DNA of 64,000 nt from Candidatus Methylomirabilis sp. (GTDB lineage: Bacteria; Methylomirabilota; Methylomirabilia; Methylomirabilales; 2-02-FULL-66-22): the NCBI GenBank assembly GCA_035455275.1, contig DATIFO010000085.1, forward strand, positions 14,901 through 78,900. The letters run 5' to 3'. This document shows, in pieces, positions 53,293 through 61,929 of this stretch (positions are counted from its first letter, which is position 1; each line of letters begins with the position of its first letter). The position numbers were made by a program, and so were the translations under genes. A model generated the notes under the pieces. It was not told the origin of the DNA. It made no database searches and saw nothing but the letters and a program-made list of their open reading frames with translations.

Positions 53293-54177
53293 GTGACGCT
53301 TGGCAGTGGAGGAAGAAGGGTGCTGGTCCGGCTGGAGTCCTGCCTGCGCGGGTTGACCGCCTTCGCCCGGCGCAACCCGACGGCCGCGGTGGGTGGCCTC
53401 GTCGGATTTCTCGTCTTCGCCATCGCCATCACCGCCCCGCTGATCGCTCCCTACAACCCCCTCAAGACCGACTTCCGTCATATGTCCAACCCCCCCGACG
53501 CGCGGGGCCTCTTCGGCACGGACCAGGTGGGCCGGGACACCCTCAGCCGTGTGATCTATGGCGCCCGGTCCTCGCTGACCGTCGCCTTCGCGTCGGTCCT
53601 GCTGGGCACGACCGTGGGCGCGCTGTGGGGAGTTGCCAGCGGTTACCTGGGAGGGAGATTCGACCTGATCAGCCAGCGGATCACGGAGGTGCTCCAGTCG
53701 TTCCCCGACCTGATTCTCGCCATGGCCATCTCGATGGCGATCGGCACCGGCATGCCCGCTGTCATCCTGGCCATCGCGACCACGCGCATTCCCTTCGGCT
53801 GCCGCGTGGTCCGCTCGGTGGTCCTGACGGTCCGTGAACTCTCCTATGTCGAGGCGGCGCGGGCCACGGGCGCGTCGCAACTGCGGATCATGACCCGGCA
53901 TGTCCTGCCGCAGTGTCTGGCCCCGTACGTGGTCCTGGCCTCCACCCACCTCGGCGTCGCCATCGTCATCGAGGCTGCCCTCGGCTTCCTGGGTGTCGGC
54001 ATCCCTCCCCCCACCCCGACCTGGGGCAACATGCTGGCCGATTCACTGTCATCGCTCGTGCCCCTGTGGTGGCTCGTCTTCTTCCCGGGGCTGGCAATCA
54101 CCATCACCGTGCTTGCCTTCAACCTCTTCGGCGACGGGCTCCGCGATACGCTCGATCCACGCCTTCGCCGTTCGTGA
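53293..54177 (+). CDS. ABC transporter permease (DppC/OppC-like)
   Basis: APLIAPYNP, GTDQVGRDTLSRVIYGAR and YVEAARATGAS. Start is uncertain: GTG 53293 has a GGGAGA SD; the alternative is GTG 53248. Confidence 0.85.
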   Translation: MTLGSGGRRVLVRLESCLRGLTAFARRNPTAAVGGLVGFLVFAIAITAPLIAPYNPLKTDFRHMSNPPDARGLFGTDQVGRDTLSRVIYGARSSLTVAFASVLLGTTVGALWGVASGYLGGRFDLISQRITEVLQSFPDLILAMAISMAIGTGMPAVILAIATTRIPFGCRVVRSVVLTVRELSYVEAARATGASQLRIMTRHVLPQCLAPYVVLASTHLGVAIVIEAALGFLGVGIPPPTPTWGNMLADSLSSLVPLWWLVFFPGLAITITVLAFNLFGDGLRDTLDPRLRRS

Positions 54178-54261
54178 GGCCAGGCCGCAGGGCAACCCCC
54201 CTCCCAATTCCCGCGGGGGTTCTTCGAGGCTCAGCCTGACCGGTTCCGGATGACAGCCAGC

Positions 54262-55452
54262 TCACCAGGCCTGGCGCAAAATCTCGTGGATGTCAGTCAC
54301 CCCGGCAATGGGGCGAGGGTTTTCAAAGTGCGGCGCCTCATCCATCACTGCCTCCGCAAGCAGGGGGAAGTCTGATTCCTTGACTCCGACATCCCGGAGG
54401 CGCATCGGACAGCCAAGAGCCTCGACCAGTCGTCGAACCGCCCCTATCGCCGCCGTGGCTGCCTGTCGCGTGCTGAGATCTCGCATATCAATCCCGGCTG
54501 CCTCGGCAACCAGCGCCAGGCGATCGGCGGCAGCCTGGCAGTTGAAATCCATGGCATGGGGAAGGATGACGCAGGATGTTTGCCCATGCGGGACATTGCA
54601 ATGGCCACCCAATTGGTGCCCGATGGCGTGGCTGATCCCCGTGCCCACGCTCAGGAAGCCGAAGGCGGACATCCAGGCTGCCAACTGGCAATGCAGGCGC
54701 ACCTCCAGGTTCCGCGGCTCCCGAGTGGAACGGGGCAAATCGCAGAACAGGTAACGGAGGGCCTGAATACACAGGGCGTCCACCAGCGGCTGATGCTTGG
54801 GGGAATAGAGCCGCTCCACCGCATGGTCTACCGCGCGCATTCCAGTGGAGGCCCATAACCATGGCGGCGTGAAGGCAGTAAGCTCCGGGTCGAGAATGAC
54901 CACTCGGGGGATGAACTGGGGGGCGCCATACAGATCCTTGACTCGACGCCGCTCGTCGGTGACGGCGAAGCCACTCGTGAATTCGCCAGCCGAGAGGGTG
55001 GTCGTCAGGGCGATGTGCGGAAGCGGTTGGCCCCGGAGGGGCTTCTGGTGGGGACCGCGGCAATAGGAGTGAAGCTGCTGTTCGGAGACCACACCCTCGC
55101 TCAGGCATAACGCCACAGCCTTCGCGCCATCTACCGGGCTGCTTCCTCCCAGGCTCACCAAGACATCGGCTCTCGCCTCCCGCCCCTGGAGGGCCGCATG
55201 CATGACATCCTGTTGAGGGACGTGCTGGGATATGGGGAAGAAGATCCCCGCCAAGCGCGGCCCGAGGATTTCCTGCACACGGGGAAGCAGGTCCGTCCTC
55301 TTGGCTATCGTTGTCCCGGTGATCACAAACGCTCGTCTTGTGCCCAGACGATCGACCTCGACGGCAAGTTGCTCCACGGCTCCCTGCCCAAAAATCACCC
55401 TCTCCTGCGGTGGAAATGCAAGGCTGCCACTCATCCCGGAACCATGCCCCAT
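54262..55452 (-). CDS. iron-containing (group III) alcohol dehydrogenase family, maleylacetate-reductase-like
   Basis: VIFGQGAVEQLAVEVDRLGTRRAFVITG, GGSSPVDGAKAV and the metal-site His residues (HAIGHQLGGHCNVPHG). AAGGAGG SD 7 nt before the ATG at 55452. The longer ORF upstream is junk. Confidence 0.85.
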   Translation of the reverse strand: MGHGSGMSGSLAFPPQERVIFGQGAVEQLAVEVDRLGTRRAFVITGTTIAKRTDLLPRVQEILGPRLAGIFFPISQHVPQQDVMHAALQGREARADVLVSLGGSSPVDGAKAVALCLSEGVVSEQQLHSYCRGPHQKPLRGQPLPHIALTTTLSAGEFTSGFAVTDERRRVKDLYGAPQFIPRVVILDPELTAFTPPWLWASTGMRAVDHAVERLYSPKHQPLVDALCIQALRYLFCDLPRSTREPRNLEVRLHCQLAAWMSAFGFLSVGTGISHAIGHQLGGHCNVPHGQTSCVILPHAMDFNCQAAADRLALVAEAAGIDMRDLSTRQAATAAIGAVRRLVEALGCPMRLRDVGVKESDFPLLAEAVMDEAPHFENPRPIAGVTDIHEILRQAW

Positions 55453-55855
55453 CCCATTGCCTCCTTCAGACGCATGAACCCTATTGCCCTGTGATTCGAA
55501 AACCGTATGCGGGTTGGTCAGGCCGATGACCTCCCTCCTGTGCTTTGCCCACCTCGGAGGGACGCCTCTTCCACCACGCGCCATGATATCCGTCCACCCC
55601 GCGGCCCGCAAATAGTTCGTCCGTTCGCAGCTTGCTTCACAACCTCCCCCAGGTCCCGAATCTGAAGTCTCCTCTGAAGTGCAGCGGTCGGCAGGAGAGG
55701 CTTGTCGGTGGTGGGAGCGTGCCGTGACCTGATTGGCGCCGGTCCACCCTCCGGCCCGGTGCGTTCGACGGTCCGGTGCAGGGGGAGGTCGGCATCCTCG
55801 TTGATCGCTCGGACGAACATTCCCGGCGCGCAACACAAGAGCGGCCGAATCTGCC

Positions 55856-55885
55856 TTGACACTGCCGGCAGGTTTGCGACATGCT
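55856..55885 (+). promoter_or_regulatory. promoter candidate of the recurrent TTGACAC...CATGCT family (OAD-led operon)
   Basis: ctgccTTGACACtgccggcaggtttgcgaCATGCTgcg with an 18-nt spacer. Confidence 0.45.
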
Positions 55886-56000
55886 GCGCTCACCCGGGCC
55901 ATGGTCACAGGCCAGGCTGGCGCCGGTTCTCCCAGGTGTCCCCTGGCGGGGCAGCCCAGGGGGAGACTTCAATCACCCACATCATCCAAGGACCGACCCC

Positions 56001-56864
56001 ATGAACTCCTCTCCACGTCGTGAAGGCTTCCGCGCGATTCTCGCCGGGCAGCGCTGCCTCCATCCCGCCTCCGTCTTCGATCCGATCTCGGCCCGCATCG
56101 CGGCGGACCTGGGATTCGAGCTGGGCATGTTTGCCGGCTCGACGGCCGCGCTGACGGTGCTGGGGGCGCCCGACCTGGTCTTGCTCTCGCTGGCGGAGTT
56201 CGCGGAGCAGGCGTCTCGCATCTGCCGGGCGGCGGAGCTGCCGCTCCTGGTCGATGCCGACCACGGCTTCGGCAATGCCCTGAGCGTCAAGCGAACCGTC
56301 GAAGAGCTCGAAACGGCAGGCGTCGCGGGGCTGACCATCGAGGATACGTGGCTTCCCGCGGCCTTCGGGGACCGCGGGGCGAGCCGGCTGATTCCCGTGC
56401 AGGAGGGTGTCGGGAAGATGCGCGCCGCCCTGGCGGGGCGCCAGGACCCCCGGCTGGTCATCCTGGGGCGGACCAGCGCGGTCGCGATCACCGGACTCGA
56501 GGATGCCCTGGAGAGAGTTCGTGCCTACGAGGCCGCCGGGGTGGATGGACTGTTCTTGGTCGGGGTCAAGACACGCGCCCAACTGGCGGCCATATCCGCG
56601 GCAGTCAAGCTGCCCCTGGTGCTCGGCAACGCCACGGGGGAACTGGAGGCTCTGGACTACCTGATCGCCAACCGCGTTCGCGTCTGCCTCCAGGGGCATC
56701 TGCCCTTCATGGCGGGCGTCCGGGCAGTGTACGAGACGATGAAAGCGCTCCGCGACGGCACGCCACCACAGCAGATCAGCCAGGTGGCATCGAGCGAGCT
56801 CATGAAGCAGGTGACCCGCGAGGCGGAGTACCAGCGCTGGACCAAGGAATTTCTCGGGGCGTGA
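56001..56864 (+). CDS. isocitrate-lyase/PEP-mutase superfamily protein, PA4872-like oxaloacetate decarboxylase
   Basis: ASVFDPISARIAADLGFELGMFAGS, LPLLVDADHGFGNALSV.RTV.ELE.AGVAGLTIEDT and the C-terminal EYQRW closely resemble P. aeruginosa PA4872 as I recall it. Confidence 0.85.
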   Translation: MNSSPRREGFRAILAGQRCLHPASVFDPISARIAADLGFELGMFAGSTAALTVLGAPDLVLLSLAEFAEQASRICRAAELPLLVDADHGFGNALSVKRTVEELETAGVAGLTIEDTWLPAAFGDRGASRLIPVQEGVGKMRAALAGRQDPRLVILGRTSAVAITGLEDALERVRAYEAAGVDGLFLVGVKTRAQLAAISAAVKLPLVLGNATGELEALDYLIANRVRVCLQGHLPFMAGVRAVYETMKALRDGTPPQQISQVASSELMKQVTREAEYQRWTKEFLGA

Positions 56865-56901
56865 CAGGACGGGTTTGAACAGCCTGGACAGGAGGGAGAC
56901 C

Positions 56902-57936
56902 ATGGCTTTCGAGAAGCTGGCTGTGCTGGGGGCGGGAGCCATCGGCAGCAATATCGGCGCTTACCTCACACGCGCGGGACGGGACATCACGCTCATCGAT
57001 ATGTGGCCCGCCCACGTGGAGGCGATGCGGGAGCACGGCCTGAAGGTCACGGCCCAGGACGAGGAGTTCACCGTCGAGGTGAAGGCCATGCACCTCGGGG
57101 ACGTGTCTGCACTCCGCGAGCAGTTCGACGCGGTCTTCCTCTCGGTGAAATCCTGTGACAGCGTCTGGGCGACCACATTCATCGAGCCGCACATGAAGTC
57201 CGCGGGGGTCCTCCTGCTCGCCCAGAACAGCATCAATGAGGACTGGGTGGCCCCCGTCATCGGCTACACGCGGACGATCGGCTGCGTGGTGAGCCTGGGC
57301 GCAGCCCTCTACGAGCCGGGTCATGTCATGCGCACCAGCTCGCCCACGCGGCCCAGCTTCGCCCTGGGTGAGCTGAACGGCATGATCACGCCGAGGGTGC
57401 AGGAACTGGTCAGGATCCTCGCCCCCGTGGGCCCGAGCCGGGCCACGGCCAATCTGTGGGGCGAACGCTGGGCCAAGCTCATCGTCAACTGCATGGCCAA
57501 CGCCATCGCCGGCATCACCGGCATGAACAACGACGATCTGCGCGCCAGCGGCGAGGTCTTCTCCATCGCCGTCAAGGTCGCGGGCGAGGCGCTGGCGGTC
57601 GCCGAGACGCTGGGCGTGCAGGTGGAGGCGGTGGGCGGAATCCCCGCCCAGGAGTACGTGGAGGCCGCCCGCGGCGTGGGCCTGGAGGAGCTTCGTCGCA
57701 AGCGGGCGGAGACGAGTCGCAACGTCGGGGCCGGGCGACCCTCCCTCCTGCAGGACATGCTGAAGGGCCGCCGCACCGAGGTGGACTACCTGAACGGCTA
57801 CGTGGTCCGGAAGGGCAGGGAGATGGGCGTGCCCACGCCGATGAACGGGGCCATCGTCGACGTCACCAAGCGGATGGAAGCGGGCGAGCTGAAGCCGGAC
57901 CCCGCCAACCTCTCGCTGTTGACTCGGCATCTCTAG
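56902..57936 (+). CDS. 2-dehydropantoate 2-reductase family (PanE/ApbA-like ketoacid reductase)
   Basis: KLAVLGAGAIGSNIGAYL, the C-terminal domain with SLLQDMLKGRRTEVDYLNG, and a GGAGGGAG SD. Confidence 0.85.
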   Translation: MAFEKLAVLGAGAIGSNIGAYLTRAGRDITLIDMWPAHVEAMREHGLKVTAQDEEFTVEVKAMHLGDVSALREQFDAVFLSVKSCDSVWATTFIEPHMKSAGVLLLAQNSINEDWVAPVIGYTRTIGCVVSLGAALYEPGHVMRTSSPTRPSFALGELNGMITPRVQELVRILAPVGPSRATANLWGERWAKLIVNCMANAIAGITGMNNDDLRASGEVFSIAVKVAGEALAVAETLGVQVEAVGGIPAQEYVEAARGVGLEELRRKRAETSRNVGAGRPSLLQDMLKGRRTEVDYLNGYVVRKGREMGVPTPMNGAIVDVTKRMEAGELKPDPANLSLLTRHL

Positions 57937-57947
57937 GGAGGAGGGCC

Positions 57948-59609
57948 ATGATGGAGAAGAAGCGTAAGTCCGGGACCGGCGGTCGTGAGTCGGGAGCAGC
58001 GGGGATTTCCCGGAGAGAGGCGCTTCGCAGGGCGGCCCTCTACGGGGTCGGGCTGGCTGCCCTGCCGGCCATCGCGCCCGGGCCGGGAAGGACCGGCTCC
58101 GCCATGGCGGCCACCTCAGGGGGTCCGCCCCGGCGAGGGGGAGTACTCCACTGGTACTTGCCCGACGACCCTCCCGATCTGGACCCGCAAATGTCCACCA
58201 TCAGCTCGACCCAGTGGGTCCTCGGGATGTGCTACAACGGCTTGCTGCGGTACAACGTCGGACCCGGGAGCGGTGCGGAGAGCGAGGCCGCCGCCACGCC
58301 GGTCCCCGACCTGGCCGAGCGATTCGAGCAGCCGGATCCCCTCACCTACATCTTTCACCTTCGCAGCGGCGTCAGGTTCCACGATGGGACGCCGCTCACC
58401 GCAGAAGACGTGGCCTTCAGCCTCGATCGGATCCGGACCCGCAAGGCGGAGTTCCAGCGGGCCTACGCGTTCACGGCACTGGATTCTGTCAAGGCCACGG
58501 GGGACCGCGTCGTCACGGTGAAGCTGAAAGAGCCGTACGCGGCGTTCATCAACCAGGTCGCCGCCGCCTACACGCGAATCGCTCCGAAGCATGTCATCGA
58601 GGCAAGAGGTGACATGAAACAGGTCATTGTCGGCACCGGCCCGTTCAAGCTGCAGGAGTACCGGCGCGGCCAGCGGATGGTGCTCGTCCGCAACCCCGAT
58701 TATTTCGAGCGCGGGATCCCCTACCTCGACAGCCTCGAGATCGCGATCATGCCGGACAACGCCACGCAGGTCGCGGCATTCAATTCGCGCCGGATCGACA
58801 TGCTGATCGCGGCCAATTCCGCCCAGGCGCAGACGCTGAAGGGCGTCAACCCCAACATCGAGGTGCAGGAGTACGTGGAGTTCCGCATGGACGGGCTCGG
58901 CTGCAACATCCAGGTGAAGCCGTTCGACGACATCCGGGTCCGGCAGGCCATGTGGTACGCCATCGACCAGCAGAAGATCATCAACATCTCCTTCCAGGGG
59001 CATGGCAAGAAGCAGCGCTCGGTGCCCCCGGCGTATGCCGGCTGGGTCGTGCCGTTTGACAAGCTCCCGCTGTCGGATGCCCCGAACCTCGACAAGGCCA
59101 AGAGGCTGCTCGCCGAGGCCGGGTACCCCAAGGGCTTCAGCGTCAAGTGCAAGAGCGTGTACCGCTACACGCAGAAGGAAGCCACGATCGCCGCCGAGAT
59201 GCTGAAGGCGATCGGAGTGAACATGGAGATCATCGACGTCGAGTACGGCGCATACCTCAAGGCCAGGAACAGCGGGGACTTCGAGGTGATCGCCTTCTCC
59301 ATTGCGCCGTTCGGGGATGTCGAGGACTACACCACGGCGCTGTATCACACCCGCGCGGGCCGGAACTTCGGGCACTGGGGGAACGCGGAGCTCGACAAGC
59401 TCTTCGAGCAGGGGGGCCGCGAGGGGGACGTGCAGAAGCGCAAGGCGATCTTCCACAAGGTCCAGGCCGTCCTGGCCGAGAACTGCTGGGTGATCGATCT
59501 GCCGCGGTACATGACCTTCGAAGCCTGGCACCCGCATGTCCGGGACTACGTCACCGCGCAGAACCCCGAGAAAGGTCTCAGTTTCTGGCGCACGTGGCTG
59601 GCAAGATAA
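57948..59609 (+). CDS. ABC transporter substrate-binding protein, family 5, Tat signal (second system)
   Basis: SRREALRRAALYGVGLAAL, then GGVLHWYL..., DLAERFEQPDPLTYIFHLRSGVRFHDG. ATG at 57948 follows GGGAGGAGGG. Confidence 0.9.
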   Translation: MMEKKRKSGTGGRESGAAGISRREALRRAALYGVGLAALPAIAPGPGRTGSAMAATSGGPPRRGGVLHWYLPDDPPDLDPQMSTISSTQWVLGMCYNGLLRYNVGPGSGAESEAAATPVPDLAERFEQPDPLTYIFHLRSGVRFHDGTPLTAEDVAFSLDRIRTRKAEFQRAYAFTALDSVKATGDRVVTVKLKEPYAAFINQVAAAYTRIAPKHVIEARGDMKQVIVGTGPFKLQEYRRGQRMVLVRNPDYFERGIPYLDSLEIAIMPDNATQVAAFNSRRIDMLIAANSAQAQTLKGVNPNIEVQEYVEFRMDGLGCNIQVKPFDDIRVRQAMWYAIDQQKIINISFQGHGKKQRSVPPAYAGWVVPFDKLPLSDAPNLDKAKRLLAEAGYPKGFSVKCKSVYRYTQKEATIAAEMLKAIGVNMEIIDVEYGAYLKARNSGDFEVIAFSIAPFGDVEDYTTALYHTRAGRNFGHWGNAELDKLFEQGGREGDVQKRKAIFHKVQAVLAENCWVIDLPRYMTFEAWHPHVRDYVTAQNPEKGLSFWRTWLAR

Positions 59610-59628
59610 CTCCGGGGGCGGCATCGGA

Positions 59629-60585
59629 ATGCACGTCTATCTCCTGAGGCGCGTGCTGCTCATGCTGCCGACGGCCGTCCTGGTCAGCGTCTTCGTCTTT
59701 GTGCTGATCCGGGCCATCCCGGGCGATGTCGTCACGGTGATGCTCGCGGACTCCAAGGATGCCGACGAGGCGCAGGAGCTGCGGACGAAGCTCGGGCTGG
59801 ACCGGCCGATGGCGGTGCAGTACTGGATCTGGCTGCAGAACGGCCTGCGGGGCGACCTCGGACAGTCCCTCTGGACCAGGAATACGGTGATCGGCGAGAT
59901 CGGCCGCGCCTTGCCGATCACCGTCGAGCTGTCGGTTCTGGCGATGTTCATCGCGACCCTGCTGGCGATTCCGGCGGGGCTGGTGTCTGCGGTCGCACGC
60001 AACCACCTTCCGGACTACGCGGTGCGGATGGTGAGCATCCTCGGCCTCTCCATTCCCGCCTTCTGGCTCGGCACACTCTACATCATGCTGCCCGCCATCT
60101 GGTTCCGCTGGACGCCGCCGATCGACTACGTCCCCTTCGTGCAGGACCCGGTCGGCAATCTCCGGCAGTTCATCCTGCCGGCCCTGTCGGTCGGATACTA
60201 TCTGTCCGCGATCACCATGCGCATGGTGCGCTCCCAAACGCTCGAGGTGCTCCAGCAGGATTTCATCCGGACGGCTCGCGCCAAGGGACTGGGCGCCCGC
60301 GCGGTGATCGTCCGCCACGCGCTGCGCAATGCATTGATCCCCGCGATCAGCGTGATCGGGGCCCAGACCGGGGTCCTGCTTGGCGGCGTCGTGATCATCG
60401 AGCAGATCTTCGTTCTTCCCGGCTTGGGTCGCCTGACCCTGTGGGCCATCCAGGTTCGTGACTACCCGCAACTGCAAGCCAATATTCTGGTCATCGTCCT
60501 GATGACGATGCTGGTCAACCTGGTGACGGATCTCTGCTACGGCTGGCTCGACCCACGGGTGAAACTGGCCGGGGCTTCCGGTTAG
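59629..60585 (+). CDS. ABC transporter permease (DppB-like, second system)
   Basis: MHVYLLRRVLLMLPTAVLVSVFVFVLIRAIPGD and DFIRTARAKGL. Confidence 0.9.
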   Translation: MHVYLLRRVLLMLPTAVLVSVFVFVLIRAIPGDVVTVMLADSKDADEAQELRTKLGLDRPMAVQYWIWLQNGLRGDLGQSLWTRNTVIGEIGRALPITVELSVLAMFIATLLAIPAGLVSAVARNHLPDYAVRMVSILGLSIPAFWLGTLYIMLPAIWFRWTPPIDYVPFVQDPVGNLRQFILPALSVGYYLSAITMRMVRSQTLEVLQQDFIRTARAKGLGARAVIVRHALRNALIPAISVIGAQTGVLLGGVVIIEQIFVLPGLGRLTLWAIQVRDYPQLQANILVIVLMTMLVNLVTDLCYGWLDPRVKLAGASG

Positions 60586-60593
60586 GAGTCGGT

Positions 60594-61466
60594 ATGTCTG
60601 GGGGCGCCGGGGCCATTGCCCCCTCGTCGGCGGTGGGGCATCGCCTGGGCCTGCTCTTCCGCAGGCAGCCCATGGGGGCCGTGGGACTCGTCCTGGTGCT
60701 GATGGTGGTGCTCGCGGCGATCTTTGCCCCGCAGCTCGCCGCCTACGCTCCCGAGGCGCTGAGCGGGCCGGCCCTGGCCGCTCCCAGTGGCGCCCACTGG
60801 TTCGGGACCGACGACCTCGGCCGGGACGTCTTCAGCCGGGTCATCCACGGAGGACGCATCTCCCTCGGCGTGGGGGCGGTGTCGGTGCTCCTGGGCTGCG
60901 TGGCGGGGACCGGGCTGGGTCTGCTCTCCGGCTACCAGAGGGGCTGGCTGGACCTCGCAATTCAGCGCATCGTGGACAGCTTGATGGCGTTCCCGACGCT
61001 GGTCCTGGCGCTTGCGATCGTGGCGGCGCTCGGGACGAAACAGCGGAACGTCACCATGGCGATCACGATCGCCATGATCCCGCAGATCACCCGGATCATC
61101 CGAGGGTCGGTGCTCGGGGTGTGCAGCGAGGTATTTGTCGAGGCGGCACGCGGGCTGGGGGTCCGCGTCCCTCGCATCCTGCTCCGCCACATCCTGCCGA
61201 ACCTCGTCGGCCCCATCGTGGTGGTCGCGACGGCGTTCTTCGGGACCGCCATCGTGACGGAGGCCGCCCTGTCCTTCGTCGGTCTGGGGACTCCGCCGCC
61301 GACACCCTCGTGGGGCAACATGATGTCAGGCAGCGCCCGGACGTACATTACCAGTGCCCCCTGGATGGCCTTCTACCCCGGCGTGGCGCTGAGCCTCCTG
61401 GTGTTCGGCGTGAATATCGTGGGGGATGCGATTCGCGACGTGCTGGATCCGCGTCTGCGCACCTAG
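60594..61466 (+). CDS. ABC transporter permease (DppC-like, second system)
   Basis: HWFGTDDLGRDVFSRVIHGGR and VEAARGLGV; AGGAG SD. Confidence 0.9.
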   Translation: MSGGAGAIAPSSAVGHRLGLLFRRQPMGAVGLVLVLMVVLAAIFAPQLAAYAPEALSGPALAAPSGAHWFGTDDLGRDVFSRVIHGGRISLGVGAVSVLLGCVAGTGLGLLSGYQRGWLDLAIQRIVDSLMAFPTLVLALAIVAALGTKQRNVTMAITIAMIPQITRIIRGSVLGVCSEVFVEAARGLGVRVPRILLRHILPNLVGPIVVVATAFFGTAIVTEAALSFVGLGTPPPTPSWGNMMSGSARTYITSAPWMAFYPGVALSLLVFGVNIVGDAIRDVLDPRLRT

Positions 61467-61513
61467 CCCCAAGACTGTTCACGTAAGGTTTGAGAATGCT
61501 ATCGGGTTCAAGA

Positions 61514-61559
61514 AAATCCCCCCAACCCCCCTTTACCAAAGGGGGGTTGGGGGGGATTT
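61514..61559. repeat. near-perfect 21-bp C6/G6 palindrome (terminator-like hairpin / REP-type repeat)
   Basis: AAATCCCCCCAACCCCCCTTT-ACC-AAAGGGGGGTTGGGGGGGATTT with one extra G in the right arm. It lies 48 nt after the permease stop. Confidence 0.6.
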
Positions 61560-61790
61560 GGCCGGAGTGAGGATCAAAGTGAACAGCATTGCACCTAGCC
61601 CTTGTGGTGAGATCGCTGGAGGAGTCGGGAGGCGGGCTTCCGCCGGAGGATGTGCTGCCGGTCTCGGCAGACCATGGCCCCGCCTGCGTGAGAAAGCTGC
61701 CTCCGGTGCTTGGCCTATGGAGACAGCCATTCTGGATTGACCGAAGAGGCAGACATTCCCGCCGCACGACAAAACACGAGCAATTTTGCC

Positions 61791-61820
61791 TTGACACCGC
61801 CGTCAGGGCTGCGGCATGCT
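61791..61820 (+). promoter_or_regulatory. promoter candidate of the recurrent family (second OYE gene)
   Basis: caaTTTTGCCTTGACACcgccgtcagggctgcggCATGCTgcg with an 18-nt spacer, about 110 nt upstream of the ATG at 61930. Confidence 0.5.
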
Positions 61821-61929
61821 GCGCAGGCCCGCGCCTCCGTCGTCACGGGCCAGGCCAGCAGACCTTTCCCGGGTGCCGGCAGACGAACCAGCCCAAAGCA
61901 CATCACCATCACCCTCACGAGGTACCTCC

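Noticed and set aside
61501-61530. tRNA-like T-arm (GGGTTCAAGAAAATCCCC).
   Set aside because: The loop is too long for a T-loop, no acceptor or anticodon stems can be drawn, and the sequence is the left arm of the 61514-61559 palindrome.
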